Positions 1 to 8,454 are shown, numbered from the stretch's first letter. The stretch is 64,000 nt of DNA from Minisyncoccota bacterium (GCA_003487265.1 DNEP01000013.1:24618-88617); one strand, 5' to 3'. Notes: a model not told the origin generated them from the sequence alone. Numbers and translations: made by a program.

Positions 1-454
1 TCTTTTCTAAAATTTCTGTATACAAAGCTAATTGAACTGCGTAATGTCTCTTCAGTTTGGGACCATTTTCATCACCATTTTCTTCTGTTCCTTCAAACCC
101 TCTACCACTTTTTACATCTACAGCGATATAGGTGCCATCATCCAAACGGCGTAAAAAATCAGGAATTCCCAATAAATTCTCATGTTGAATGACAGGCTGA
201 TACAAAAGTTGGGCACCATCTTCCAATGCCTCTTTAGTATTAATGATTCGTTCTTGTTGATCTCCAATACTCAAATCAACAAAATCACCCAACCTGCTAA
301 CTGCTTTCTGTTCATGTTGGACACCCTTGTCCCAGAGTAATTGAACAAAAGGATTAGTCTCCTTAATTTTCTCTACCTGAGGACCATAAGCGTCCCGCCA
401 CACTCGATGAGGGCATTGAAGATAGTTATAAAGTTTTGATGCTGTGAGTTGCAT
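1..454 (-). CDS. PD-(D/E)xK superfamily nuclease, RecB/Cas4-like (TM0106-like N-terminus); partial, continues past the window start
   Basis: Not in the ORF track because it is truncated. Manual translation of the minus strand from ATG at 454-452 gives MQLTASKLYNYLQCPHRVWRDAYGPQVEKIKETNPFVQLLWDKGVQHEQKAVSRLGDFVDLSIGDQQERIINTKEALEDGAQLLYQPVIQHENLLGIPDFLRRLDDGTYIAVDVKSGRGFEG...KLKRHYAVQLALYTEILEK with no stop up to base 1. It shows an hPD motif (GIPDFL) and a DxK motif (AVDVKSG), and an N-terminus of the form LYxYLxCPHRVW typical of the TM0106/RecB-family nucleases. The start lies 3 nt after the helicase stop and in the same frame. Confidence 0.5.
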   Translation of the reverse strand, partial: MQLTASKLYNYLQCPHRVWRDAYGPQVEKIKETNPFVQLLWDKGVQHEQKAVSRLGDFVDLSIGDQQERIINTKEALEDGAQLLYQPVIQHENLLGIPDFLRRLDDGTYIAVDVKSGRGFEGTEENGDENGPKLKRHYAVQLALYTEILEK

Positions 455-457
455 ATT

Positions 458-3400
458 TTAACTTTGTGAATTCTCCACTAACCAGTTTCCTTTTTCGCGT
501 CTACCTAGAGATATTTTTCCAATGACTTCCTCATCCTTTATTAGAAAAATAAACCCTGCATAGCGAATTTTCAAGCCTAACCACATCTTCACCTCCATAC
601 ATACCGCCAACTTCTGTTTATCTGGAGATAGGAACGCAGAATCCACCCTGCTGCCTTTCATCTTTAGGATTGTTGAAGATTTTTCTGCGACTACTGCCCA
701 AATCTCCTCCTTGTCAATCGTCCTTCTAATACTCCCTAAAAGGTCAACAAGCGGCTCTAATTGGCTTGGTTTTTTTCTAGTCACATACTCTATGTAAATA
801 GGAAGGCCTGTTAGGTTGCAAACTTTAAGATCATCTGGATGGCATTCCCGATCACTCCAAGAGCACTTTTTAGCTTCTACAGGAGAACAGAAATTACCAT
901 TAACTGATCTAACTGCTTCCTTTTCAAGCAATCGAGCATCAGAAATACTGCTTGATACAAAGTATTTTTTAAGTGCCTTTTTACCTGAAAAGGCTGACTT
1001 CTCCAGCTTTGCTGGCAAAACCCTTTTGTTAGACACCTCACAAGTTTCAAGCAAACCTGGAACAACAATCTTCTTAGTTAACTCACAGGTTTCAGACTCT
1101 GTTGATAACAACGGTTGCCCTGTTTCGGAACAGAAAATAAATTCTTTTTTGTGACCAGTCTTTTTGGAAACCACTGATTGTAATTGTTCATCCTTTCTAT
1201 ATTTCTTTCCTGATATTTGACTAACTTCTAATTCGTCTTCGAGAACTTCTGAATCAGTAAACTCACACCTGCCAAAAAAATTAGGTTCTGCCTGTTTACC
1301 ACTTAATGCAGAAGTTTTAAGTAGCGATTTAGAAACAAGTTCACCAGTAATTGATGACTTTTCAACCTCGTCACTAAGAATCTTTCTCCCAGAAAGAGAA
1401 CAAGTCACGATGTACTGAGGTAGAGCTTTTCTCCCACTCTCCTCAGAACTTACAAGTAGATGACGCAATACTCTGTGTCCACTAATATCACAGATAGCTA
1501 AACAATCATAAGGAACCGTCTTCCCAGTTGATTCACATTTGAATAAATCGGGTGCTTCGATTACCTCTTTTTTAGAAGGTACAATCTGAATTGTACTTTT
1601 GTACTCAAAAGTGGAGTCAATATTGTATGAAACATCCATTTGTATTTGGCGATTCATTGCGCCTGCAAGTCCTACCAAGCTCATTTCAACTCTTGGCGTA
1701 AACTCATCTTCAAGTTTTTTCTTTTTTCGCAAATCACTGCCTGCGGCTGCCACTTCCTGAACCATTCTCTCGTTATAAAAACGACAGAATTCATCTATTC
1801 CCTCATCAAGCATTGCCTTTTCAGCCAACAAGTCTGGGACTACTCCGGTCTCTAACGGTCCATCAATAAGCTCTCCCAATGATTTGAGACTCTTTGGTTT
1901 AATTTCTACTCTATGGTCTTGATCTAAGCATTCAACTTTAACCAAACGTTCATAACTATCATGGGCTACGGTTGAGCGAACTCTCACAAGTGCCATACCT
2001 GAAAAACAATTCCAGACTTTTGTCGTCTCTTTCTTTTTGAAGTCACCACCAAATTTGCTGATCCAGTTCTGAACGGCTTGATGTGTGTCTGATTCAAGAT
2101 CCAAATCTAGATCCTTTACATCATGAAGTCTATTACTGATTACTTTGCTCACTAAACGCTCAAAAGCAGTTGTTCCCTGTGCGTAAAGAACGCCATCTAT
2201 TCGACCATTACTTTTCTCTTCAAAATAAATTGACTCTTTCTCATCGTCAAGTTCACAAAGATATACTCCTTCAGGCTGAGGAGTAAGTTTGGAACCAAAG
2301 TTTTTTTTAGCTGTCAAAACAAAACTGCATATATCCATCGAGCGATCTAGTTTCGGCAAACTCGGACATCTAGGTCCAAATTCGGAAGGATCTCCCATAG
2401 AGCCAAGCATAGAACTTATGTTTATCTGTTCTTCTTCCAATTTAAGTTTGGCTTTCGATATGCTTTCACTTGCTGTTTTTGTTGCCGTCTCAACATCTTT
2501 TCCTGCTAACGAATCAACTACTAACCTCCTCACCATTTCCTCAAAGTCAACTGATCCATTTTCATCCTCATCCAAACCGGACGCCTCAAGCATTGCTTCA
2601 ACATCACCAATTGCCTGTGATGCCATTTGGAGCTTTTCCATAAGCCTAGCAACGATGTATTCCTCAAATGTATTTGACAAGATAATATTGAAAATACTTA
2701 CCTTTGCATGCTCGGAGGCCAACCTCTGAATCCGACCTACCCTTTGTTCAACAATCATTGGATTCCAAGGCAAATCGTAGTTAACTAGCACATTAGCTGC
2801 TTGAAGATTTATACCTTCAGCTCCAGCTTCTGTAGAGACAATTACATGAATGTCCGGAGGTTTTTGTTTGAACTGAGCTATAGTTTCTTGATTTCTTAGC
2901 CCAGAATCACCATTAATTAACCCACAAGTAATGTTCCGTTTCCCCAAAAATTCCTCAATTGTGGTTTGAGTTTCGCGACGGCCAGTAAAAATAACTAATC
3001 TCCAGTCATCAGGTCTTTCAGCTTCAAGTTTATAGATAAGAGTACTAAGACCTTTTAGTTTTGCCGAGTCGCTCATGTTATCAACAACAGCACTAACGTC
3101 CAATGATAATGACTCTGGTATTGTTTTATTACGAGCCATATTTTTTAATTGAGCTGACAAAGCATGAGGACTACTTGTGAGTGCTTGGAGGATTGAGATT
3201 TGTGCTAGACGATTCAGCTTTTGAATTGGCTCAGCAATGATGTCAATTAACTTCAATTCGTCAGGGGTCGGTGTCACCTTGTGAAGCTGTACAGTTCTCT
3301 CAGGAAAATAAAGATTTGCGTCTGCCCGTCTTACCCGCGACATATAACCATAAACAATTGATCGAAACTCATCTTTCATTGATGGCACTAATTGGCGGGC

Positions 3401-4168
3401 TTTTGTCTTGGCATCCGCAATGAATCTGCGGGCAAAAATCCCCGGATTCCCGAAGGGATTTTCGTGCCCTCTTGCAGTAGTCAGTAAGTCAACTAGGGAA
3501 TAAATATCCCACAGCCTATTTTGAATCGGCGTAGCGGTAAGCATGAGGACATATTTAAATAATCGATCCTCTAATGCCTGCTTAAAACGAACCGCCCTTT
3601 TAGGGGGAGGGTCAACACCATACAAATTCCGTAGCTTATGAGCCTCATCTAAAATCAACATTTCGTAACCAACGTCAGAAATTTTTTCGAGATGTAGACG
3701 GGCAGAATCATAAGTGGTTATAACTGCTCCCAATTCTCTTGGTGGAGTAGCTTTGATTAAGTCTCTGCCAGTAGCAATAACGGAAGATATACCAAACTTA
3801 GTTTCCAACTCTTCCATCCATTGAAACATTAATAATTTAGGACAAACAATTAGTATTTTTGTTACTCTGCCACGAGCCATTAATTCACTTATCACCAATC
3901 CAGCACTAATTGTTTTACCTAAACCAACATCATCAGCTAATAAAGTAACGGGCAATCTGCGACAAAATGTAATCAGGTTCGTGACTTGGTGATAATATGG
4001 CTCCAATAACTCACTCCATTTCTTTTCGGAGCGCATATCATCACGGTCTTCAATAACAATTGGCTCTATAAGATCCCACTCAATCCCAGCCACGTACAAA
4101 TTAAATTCATCGCTGTTTTTTGCTCTTTGGAGTAATTTTGTCTGGAGTGGTGGTGAAGAGTTGCTCAT
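458..4168 (-). CDS. SNF2/Rad54-family DEAH-box helicase (ATPase core aa ~55-520) with a ~700-aa uncharacterised C-terminal extension containing degenerate Cys-x-x-[ST]-G repeats
   Basis: ORF track, 1236 aa. Motif I is DDVGLGKTISAG, motif II is LILDEAHKLRN, the Q-motif region is YYHQVTNL, and helicase-C motif VI is QRVGRIQRLASEH. The C-terminal half shows no recognisable catalytic motif. It carries about 10-13 degenerate ~13-aa repeats, for example CDISGHRVL, CSLSGRKIL, CEFTDSEVL, CSETGQPLL, CELTKKIVV, CEVSNKRVL and CNLTGLPIY. Confidence 0.85.
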   Translation of the reverse strand: MSNSSPPLQTKLLQRAKNSDEFNLYVAGIEWDLIEPIVIEDRDDMRSEKKWSELLEPYYHQVTNLITFCRRLPVTLLADDVGLGKTISAGLVISELMARGRVTKILIVCPKLLMFQWMEELETKFGISSVIATGRDLIKATPPRELGAVITTYDSARLHLEKISDVGYEMLILDEAHKLRNLYGVDPPPKRAVRFKQALEDRLFKYVLMLTATPIQNRLWDIYSLVDLLTTARGHENPFGNPGIFARRFIADAKTKARQLVPSMKDEFRSIVYGYMSRVRRADANLYFPERTVQLHKVTPTPDELKLIDIIAEPIQKLNRLAQISILQALTSSPHALSAQLKNMARNKTIPESLSLDVSAVVDNMSDSAKLKGLSTLIYKLEAERPDDWRLVIFTGRRETQTTIEEFLGKRNITCGLINGDSGLRNQETIAQFKQKPPDIHVIVSTEAGAEGINLQAANVLVNYDLPWNPMIVEQRVGRIQRLASEHAKVSIFNIILSNTFEEYIVARLMEKLQMASQAIGDVEAMLEASGLDEDENGSVDFEEMVRRLVVDSLAGKDVETATKTASESISKAKLKLEEEQINISSMLGSMGDPSEFGPRCPSLPKLDRSMDICSFVLTAKKNFGSKLTPQPEGVYLCELDDEKESIYFEEKSNGRIDGVLYAQGTTAFERLVSKVISNRLHDVKDLDLDLESDTHQAVQNWISKFGGDFKKKETTKVWNCFSGMALVRVRSTVAHDSYERLVKVECLDQDHRVEIKPKSLKSLGELIDGPLETGVVPDLLAEKAMLDEGIDEFCRFYNERMVQEVAAAGSDLRKKKKLEDEFTPRVEMSLVGLAGAMNRQIQMDVSYNIDSTFEYKSTIQIVPSKKEVIEAPDLFKCESTGKTVPYDCLAICDISGHRVLRHLLVSSEESGRKALPQYIVTCSLSGRKILSDEVEKSSITGELVSKSLLKTSALSGKQAEPNFFGRCEFTDSEVLEDELEVSQISGKKYRKDEQLQSVVSKKTGHKKEFIFCSETGQPLLSTESETCELTKKIVVPGLLETCEVSNKRVLPAKLEKSAFSGKKALKKYFVSSSISDARLLEKEAVRSVNGNFCSPVEAKKCSWSDRECHPDDLKVCNLTGLPIYIEYVTRKKPSQLEPLVDLLGSIRRTIDKEEIWAVVAEKSSTILKMKGSRVDSAFLSPDKQKLAVCMEVKMWLGLKIRYAGFIFLIKDEEVIGKISLGRREKGNWLVENSQS

Positions 4169-4226
4169 AATTTACATTTTGGTCGCATTGTTTCTTTCAT
4201 TAATTTAATCTTTTGTTTGTCTTCAT

Positions 4227-5732
4227 TTAAGCTTTACTGTTACTAGAAAGCTCTTCAAATTTTGCAGCCATAGTAGGATTGTTTTTGATTAGCCGTTTTA
4301 CCGACACGTTCTCTACCTTGTTACCGGCAGTAAGCAGATGCTTGTTAGACAGGCGTAAAGCCTCCTTAATGCCCTCCAACTTTTTGATGGTCAGATCAAT
4401 ACCATCCATAGCATCTCGAAACTTGTTACTAGAATCCTTGACGTTCCTCATGAAGCCATCTTGAAAGAGTTGTAAATCATTCTCGAAGTTGGTGACATCT
4501 ATGTCCTTATCACGAACAAGTGCTAACTCAGCCTTATATTTCAACGAGTCTAAAGCACCATTGCGCAACAGGGTTATGATTGGAATGAAAAATTGTGGAC
4601 GAACAACATACATTTTGTCGTATGCATAGGATACATCGGTAATGCCGGCATAGAGTTCGTTGTCTGCCTCAAGTACGCTTACCAAAACTGCATGCTGACA
4701 TTTCTTTTCAATACGATCTCTATCAAGCTTCTTGAAGTAGTCTTCGTTTTTCTTCTTTGCGGCGGTATCGTCAGATTCGTTCTTCATGTCAAACATGATC
4801 GATAAGATTTCGTTGCCTGCCTCATCAATTTCACGATAGATATAATCACCCTTACCGCCGGCACTAGCATCATTGTCTTTTTCAAAGTGCACATTCCTAA
4901 AAGCACCAGCGGATTGCCACTGCCTAAATGCAATCTTGCAGTGCTCCTCAAGGCTTCTACCCAGTAGTTTAACTGACTGCTTGGACTTGAAGTCCTTATA
5001 CTGGGCAATCTGCTCATCTTTGAGCTTTAGTTCAACCTCATGCCTTTCTTTGAGTGAAGACTCTAACGCCTTCTGTTCATGGTCTTTAATTTCCAGCTTA
5101 CTAGCCAGCTCATCGCGTTCTTTTTCGACTACATTAACAGCCTTAGTCACAGCCAACTCTTTTTCTGTTACAGATGACTCAAGCTTTGCACTAAGTTCAT
5201 CTCGTTCTTTTTCTACTTTTGATACAGCTTCAGTAACAGCTAACTTCTTATCAGTGTCCGCAGCTTCCAGCTTGGCTTGGAGTTTAGCAATCTGAGCATT
5301 CTTTTCAACCTCGGCGGACTCAAGTTTTGCCTGTACCCCAGCCATCTCGGTTTCTTTTTCAGCTAGGGTTTTGGCAAGCAAAGCGTCTATTTCCGCCTTC
5401 AATTCGGCTATTTCTGCATCTCTTTTTACAATGTCTACTTGTAACTCACTTTTTATATTTGCCTCAGCAAGTTTAACAGCACTTTCTTTTTCTGCTTTGA
5501 GCGTAGCCAGTTCCTTGTCCTTTTTGACAATGTCTGCCTGCATTAACTTTTCAACATCGACCCTAGCGAGTTTAATCGCATTCTTTTTTTCTTTTTCAGC
5601 CAGTTCTAGTCGTTCGTGGAGTTCTTTATCAAACACATGATCACGGACTTGCTTGAGGATATCGGCAAATCCGGCCTCATCAGCCTTAAAAACCTTTTTG
5701 CATTGTGGGCATATAATATCGTTCATAGTCAT
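4227..5732 (-). CDS. Zinc-ribbon plus long coiled-coil protein, DUF2130-like (tentative); the C-terminal globular domain may be PD-(D/E)xK-like
   Basis: ORF track, 501 aa. The N-terminus MTMNDIICPQCKKVFKADEAGFADILKQVRDHVFDKELHERL matches the characteristic start of the DUF2130 family as I remember it. Residues ~40-240 are heptad-rich coiled coil with internal tandem repeats. The C-terminal ~250 aa is globular, with GDYIYREIDEAGNEILSIMFDMKNE, a possible D...hhhhDxK pattern. Confidence 0.5.
   Translation of the reverse strand: MTMNDIICPQCKKVFKADEAGFADILKQVRDHVFDKELHERLELAEKEKKNAIKLARVDVEKLMQADIVKKDKELATLKAEKESAVKLAEANIKSELQVDIVKRDAEIAELKAEIDALLAKTLAEKETEMAGVQAKLESAEVEKNAQIAKLQAKLEAADTDKKLAVTEAVSKVEKERDELSAKLESSVTEKELAVTKAVNVVEKERDELASKLEIKDHEQKALESSLKERHEVELKLKDEQIAQYKDFKSKQSVKLLGRSLEEHCKIAFRQWQSAGAFRNVHFEKDNDASAGGKGDYIYREIDEAGNEILSIMFDMKNESDDTAAKKKNEDYFKKLDRDRIEKKCQHAVLVSVLEADNELYAGITDVSYAYDKMYVVRPQFFIPIITLLRNGALDSLKYKAELALVRDKDIDVTNFENDLQLFQDGFMRNVKDSSNKFRDAMDGIDLTIKKLEGIKEALRLSNKHLLTAGNKVENVSVKRLIKNNPTMAAKFEELSSNSKA
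5100..5275. repeat. Imperfect tandem duplication (2 x ~87 nt) inside the coiled-coil CDS
   Basis: The DNA units catcgcgttctttttcgactacattaacagccttagtcacagccaactc and catctcgttctttttctacttttgatacagcttcagtaacagctaactt are ~75% identical. They encode the 29-aa repeats KLAVTEAVSKVEKERDELSAKLE and ELAVTKAVNVVEKERDELASKLE. Confidence 0.5.
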
Positions 5733-5764
5733 TTATATTCTTATTTCCATCGAAATTGATGGAT

Positions 5765-6784
5765 TTACTTTTGTCTTTTCTTTTCTCCTTTGATCAACCG
5801 CTTCACCACTCGGTCAAAATCAGACTCAATTGGCTGGATCTTGTTAAACTCTCTATATTCAGCCAAGGCTTTCTTATCAGCATCATCCTTTGAAACTTTT
5901 CCTTTATCGTCCAAAATTCTGTACTCATTAAACGTCAGGAATTTATTAACACTTTCAGCGAACTCTTCCATGTTGAACGTCTGTCGATTTTCAATCAGAT
6001 TTTCGATGTAATCAAAAAACCCAGTGACAGTTCGTTCAAGTTTTTTAATCTGATCTTCTGGTAAATAATTCTTGGCTACCGTAACATCAGTAGATAAAAT
6101 TCTGCCTGCTGGTGCTTGTTTCCAAGTGGTCAAGCCCATATGGGGTTGGCGACGGTCTGCCCGCTCATCGATCAACTCAGCTGCAGTGTGACCAGTGATG
6201 GCGTAATGGAACTTGTTCTGAACAGTGGCAAAGAAATCTTTAGTCGTTTGGGAGTGAGGATCGTAGTCGATACTACATTCGGCAAAGATATCGGTAATTT
6301 GCTGATAAATACGGCGCTCGCTTGATCGAATCGAACGAACTCTTTCTAGCAACTCACGGAAATAATCCTGACCAAAAACTTTCTCTCCTTGCTTAAGGCG
6401 ATCGTCATTTAGAGCAAAACCCTTGATTATATACTCTCGAAGCACTTGGGTAGCCCAAATGCGGAACTGAGTTGCTCGTCCAGAGTTCACCCGATAACCA
6501 ACAGCAATAATGGCATCAAGGTTATAGAAATTGGTTAGATATTGTTTTCCATCTGTGGCAGTTATCCGGATTTTCCGGACAACTGAATTTTCCTCAAGTT
6601 CTTGCGTTTTGAAAATGTTTTGCAAATGTTCATTAACAGTACGAACATCTACATCAAACAGCTCTGCCATCATTTTCTGAGTCAACCACAATGTTTCGTC
6701 TTGAATAAAAACATCCAGCTTTATATCCCCATTGGGTGAGGTGTAAAGAATAAATGTTGATGTTTGCGTCAGTTCATTCGCCAT
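5765..6784 (-). CDS. RhuM-family protein (Virulence_RhuM; Fic/DOC-associated DNA-binding family)
   Basis: ORF track 5765..6862, trimmed to the internal start MANELTQ at 6784. Family-typical segments are LTQKMMAELFDVDVRTVNEHLQNIF and AIIAVGYRVNSGRATQFRIWATQVLREYIIKGF. The longer 6862 start would overlap a convincing HTH gene in another frame. Confidence 0.7.
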   Translation of the reverse strand: MANELTQTSTFILYTSPNGDIKLDVFIQDETLWLTQKMMAELFDVDVRTVNEHLQNIFKTQELEENSVVRKIRITATDGKQYLTNFYNLDAIIAVGYRVNSGRATQFRIWATQVLREYIIKGFALNDDRLKQGEKVFGQDYFRELLERVRSIRSSERRIYQQITDIFAECSIDYDPHSQTTKDFFATVQNKFHYAITGHTAAELIDERADRRQPHMGLTTWKQAPAGRILSTDVTVAKNYLPEDQIKKLERTVTGFFDYIENLIENRQTFNMEEFAESVNKFLTFNEYRILDDKGKVSKDDADKKALAEYREFNKIQPIESDFDRVVKRLIKGEKKRQK

Positions 6785-6785
6785 A

Positions 6786-6953
6786 TTACTTCTTTTCAAT
6801 AAATCTCCTAATATCCTCAAGACGGTAACGTCTAATTTTTCTCTCACCGATACGTACCGCAACCAAAAGGCCTTTGCGATCCCAAAGACGAAGGGTGTTT
6901 GGGTGGACGCTCAGTATCTCTGCTGCTTCTCTGAGTTTTAACAGTTTTTCCAT
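6786..6953 (-). CDS. Small helix-turn-helix DNA-binding protein, excisionase/MerR-like (HTH_17 type)
   Basis: Not in the ORF track. Manual translation gives MEKLLKLREAAEILSVHPNTLRLWDRKGLLVAVRIGERKIRRYRLEDIRRFIEKK, 55 aa, with a classic Xis/MerR HTH (AAEILSVHPNTLRLWDRKG). Its TAA stop abuts the RhuM ATG (TAATATG). Confidence 0.6.
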   Translation of the reverse strand: MEKLLKLREAAEILSVHPNTLRLWDRKGLLVAVRIGERKIRRYRLEDIRRFIEKK

Positions 6954-7069
6954 ATGTACATCACTTACTAATGAATGACACTAGCATACAAAATCTTGTC
7001 CATTTTATCAATACGATTCCACACCGTTGTTTCTCCACCACCATCTTCCCCTCGTGTTATCATACAGAG

Positions 7070-7834
7070 ATGAAAACACAGGCAATCATCTTCGATTTAG
7101 ACGGTACCGCCGTCGATTCCCCTGTCCAAAAGCTCCCCACCCCCCGCCTCATTCAAGCAATTCAAAATCTTCAACAGCACTATTATTTGTGCGCGGCGAC
7201 TGGACGTTGCTGGACGTTTGCGAAACAGATTGTGCGCGCACTTCATCTAGAGGATCTTTGTATTATTTCCGCTGGCACGCAAATATGCGATCCAAAAACA
7301 GGAGCGATTCTTTGGCAAAAAAATATTCCCGCGAACGCACTTAAAGAGGTAATTGCGGTTTTTTCTGAAAACGAATCTCAAAAAATCATTTTTAATGATT
7401 ACACTGAGGATGACTATTTTTATGGTGGCGTTTTGCCAAAAGAATTTTCATTTTCACAAGAGGTCAACTGGATGTCGCAGAGTTTTGTTCCCGACGAGTT
7501 GGCAATTCAGCTTCATCAGAAACTCTCACAGATTTTGGGAATCACCTGCGTCATGGTTGTATCTCAAAAACCAGGCTGTCGAGATCTGCACATCGTGAAT
7601 GACCGCGCCACAAAAGAACACGCGATTGCCGAACTCCTCCAACGACTTGGTGTTCATAAGAAAGACACCATTGGCATTGGCGATGGTCACAACGACCTTC
7701 ATCTTTTTCAAGCGGTTGAGAGAAAAGTCGCGATGGGGAATGCGGTGACGATCTTGAAGCAAAACGCGGATCTCATCATTGATTCTGTACAAAACGACGG
7801 TCTCGCGCAGTATTTTGAGTCGTTATATGAATAA
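7070..7834 (+). CDS. HAD-superfamily hydrolase, Cof-like (HAD-IIB) phosphatase
   Basis: ORF track 6971..7834, trimmed to MKTQAIIFDLDGT. HAD motif I is DLDGT and motif IV is GIGDGHNDLHLF. Confidence 0.75.
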   Translation: MKTQAIIFDLDGTAVDSPVQKLPTPRLIQAIQNLQQHYYLCAATGRCWTFAKQIVRALHLEDLCIISAGTQICDPKTGAILWQKNIPANALKEVIAVFSENESQKIIFNDYTEDDYFYGGVLPKEFSFSQEVNWMSQSFVPDELAIQLHQKLSQILGITCVMVVSQKPGCRDLHIVNDRATKEHAIAELLQRLGVHKKDTIGIGDGHNDLHLFQAVERKVAMGNAVTILKQNADLIIDSVQNDGLAQYFESLYE

Positions 7835-8444
7835 AGCACTTTTCCAGAAATATTTGATTGTTTTGATTATTTTGATCGTGACGCTCACAAATTACCAACT
7901 CGCAAAACACACACAACAGTTTATCCTTCGCGCATTCCCATCATTTTCGTATATGTGGAGTCTTTCACTCCCTTGGATCGCAATAGGAATTATTCCGTTT
8001 TTATGGATATCAAGAAAAGGTTTCTCTTTAGATTGTAGGTATATTCAAAAAAATATTCGTTCATTACTTTTTTATTCTCTTTTGTTAGGACTTGGCTTAG
8101 GATTATTTATTGCCCTACGTTTTTCTTCCTCATTTCACGCTGTAAAGTATCCCTTTATTTTTTCCGTGATTACTCCCATTGTTGAAGAACTTATTTTCCG
8201 AGGATGGATCTATTCGGTAGTCGAAAAACACATGAAGATTCACCCCGTATTGGGGTCTGCGGTTCTTTTTGGTCTCCATCATCTTCAATATTTTGCGTAT
8301 CGGTTTACTCCATTTGCAATTTTTCAGATTGTATATACATTTTTTCTTGGGCTTATTCTTGGAAAAATGCGACAAAAAAGCGGAAGCATCTATTTCTCAA
8401 CTTTTTCTCATATGATTATTAATGGAGCGAGTTATATCTGGTGA
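7827..8444 (+). CDS. CPBP-family intramembrane metalloprotease (CAAX protease-like)
   Basis: ORF track 7779..8444, trimmed to MNKALFQ, whose ATG overlaps the HAD stop (ATGAATAAA). Multiple TM helices. Motifs are EELIFRGWIY (EExxxR), FGLHHLQY (FxxxH) and FSHMIINGASY (HxxxN). Confidence 0.7.
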   Translation: MNKALFQKYLIVLIILIVTLTNYQLAKHTQQFILRAFPSFSYMWSLSLPWIAIGIIPFLWISRKGFSLDCRYIQKNIRSLLFYSLLLGLGLGLFIALRFSSSFHAVKYPFIFSVITPIVEELIFRGWIYSVVEKHMKIHPVLGSAVLFGLHHLQYFAYRFTPFAIFQIVYTFFLGLILGKMRQKSGSIYFSTFSHMIINGASYIW

Positions 8445-8454
8445 GATGTACAAT

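Noticed and set aside
816-5640. Many small ORFs in the track (for example 816..1154, 1640..1855, 2289..2729, 4873..5295, 5371..5640) overlapping the helicase and coiled-coil genes
   Set aside because: These are antisense or alternate-frame shadows of long, motif-supported CDSs. The ones opposite the coiled-coil gene are Ser/Ala/Leu-rich, as expected from reading a Glu/Lys/Ala-rich repeat backwards.
5765-6862. Long (365-aa) version of the RhuM ORF
   Set aside because: Its first 26 codons overlap a convincing HTH gene in another frame. The internal start MANELTQ at 6784 abuts that gene's stop.
6971-7069. N-terminal extensions of ORFs 6971..7834 and 7779..8444
   Set aside because: The HAD motif I (DLDGT) follows the internal Met directly, and the CPBP ATG overlaps the HAD stop. 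The extensions have no homology-like features.
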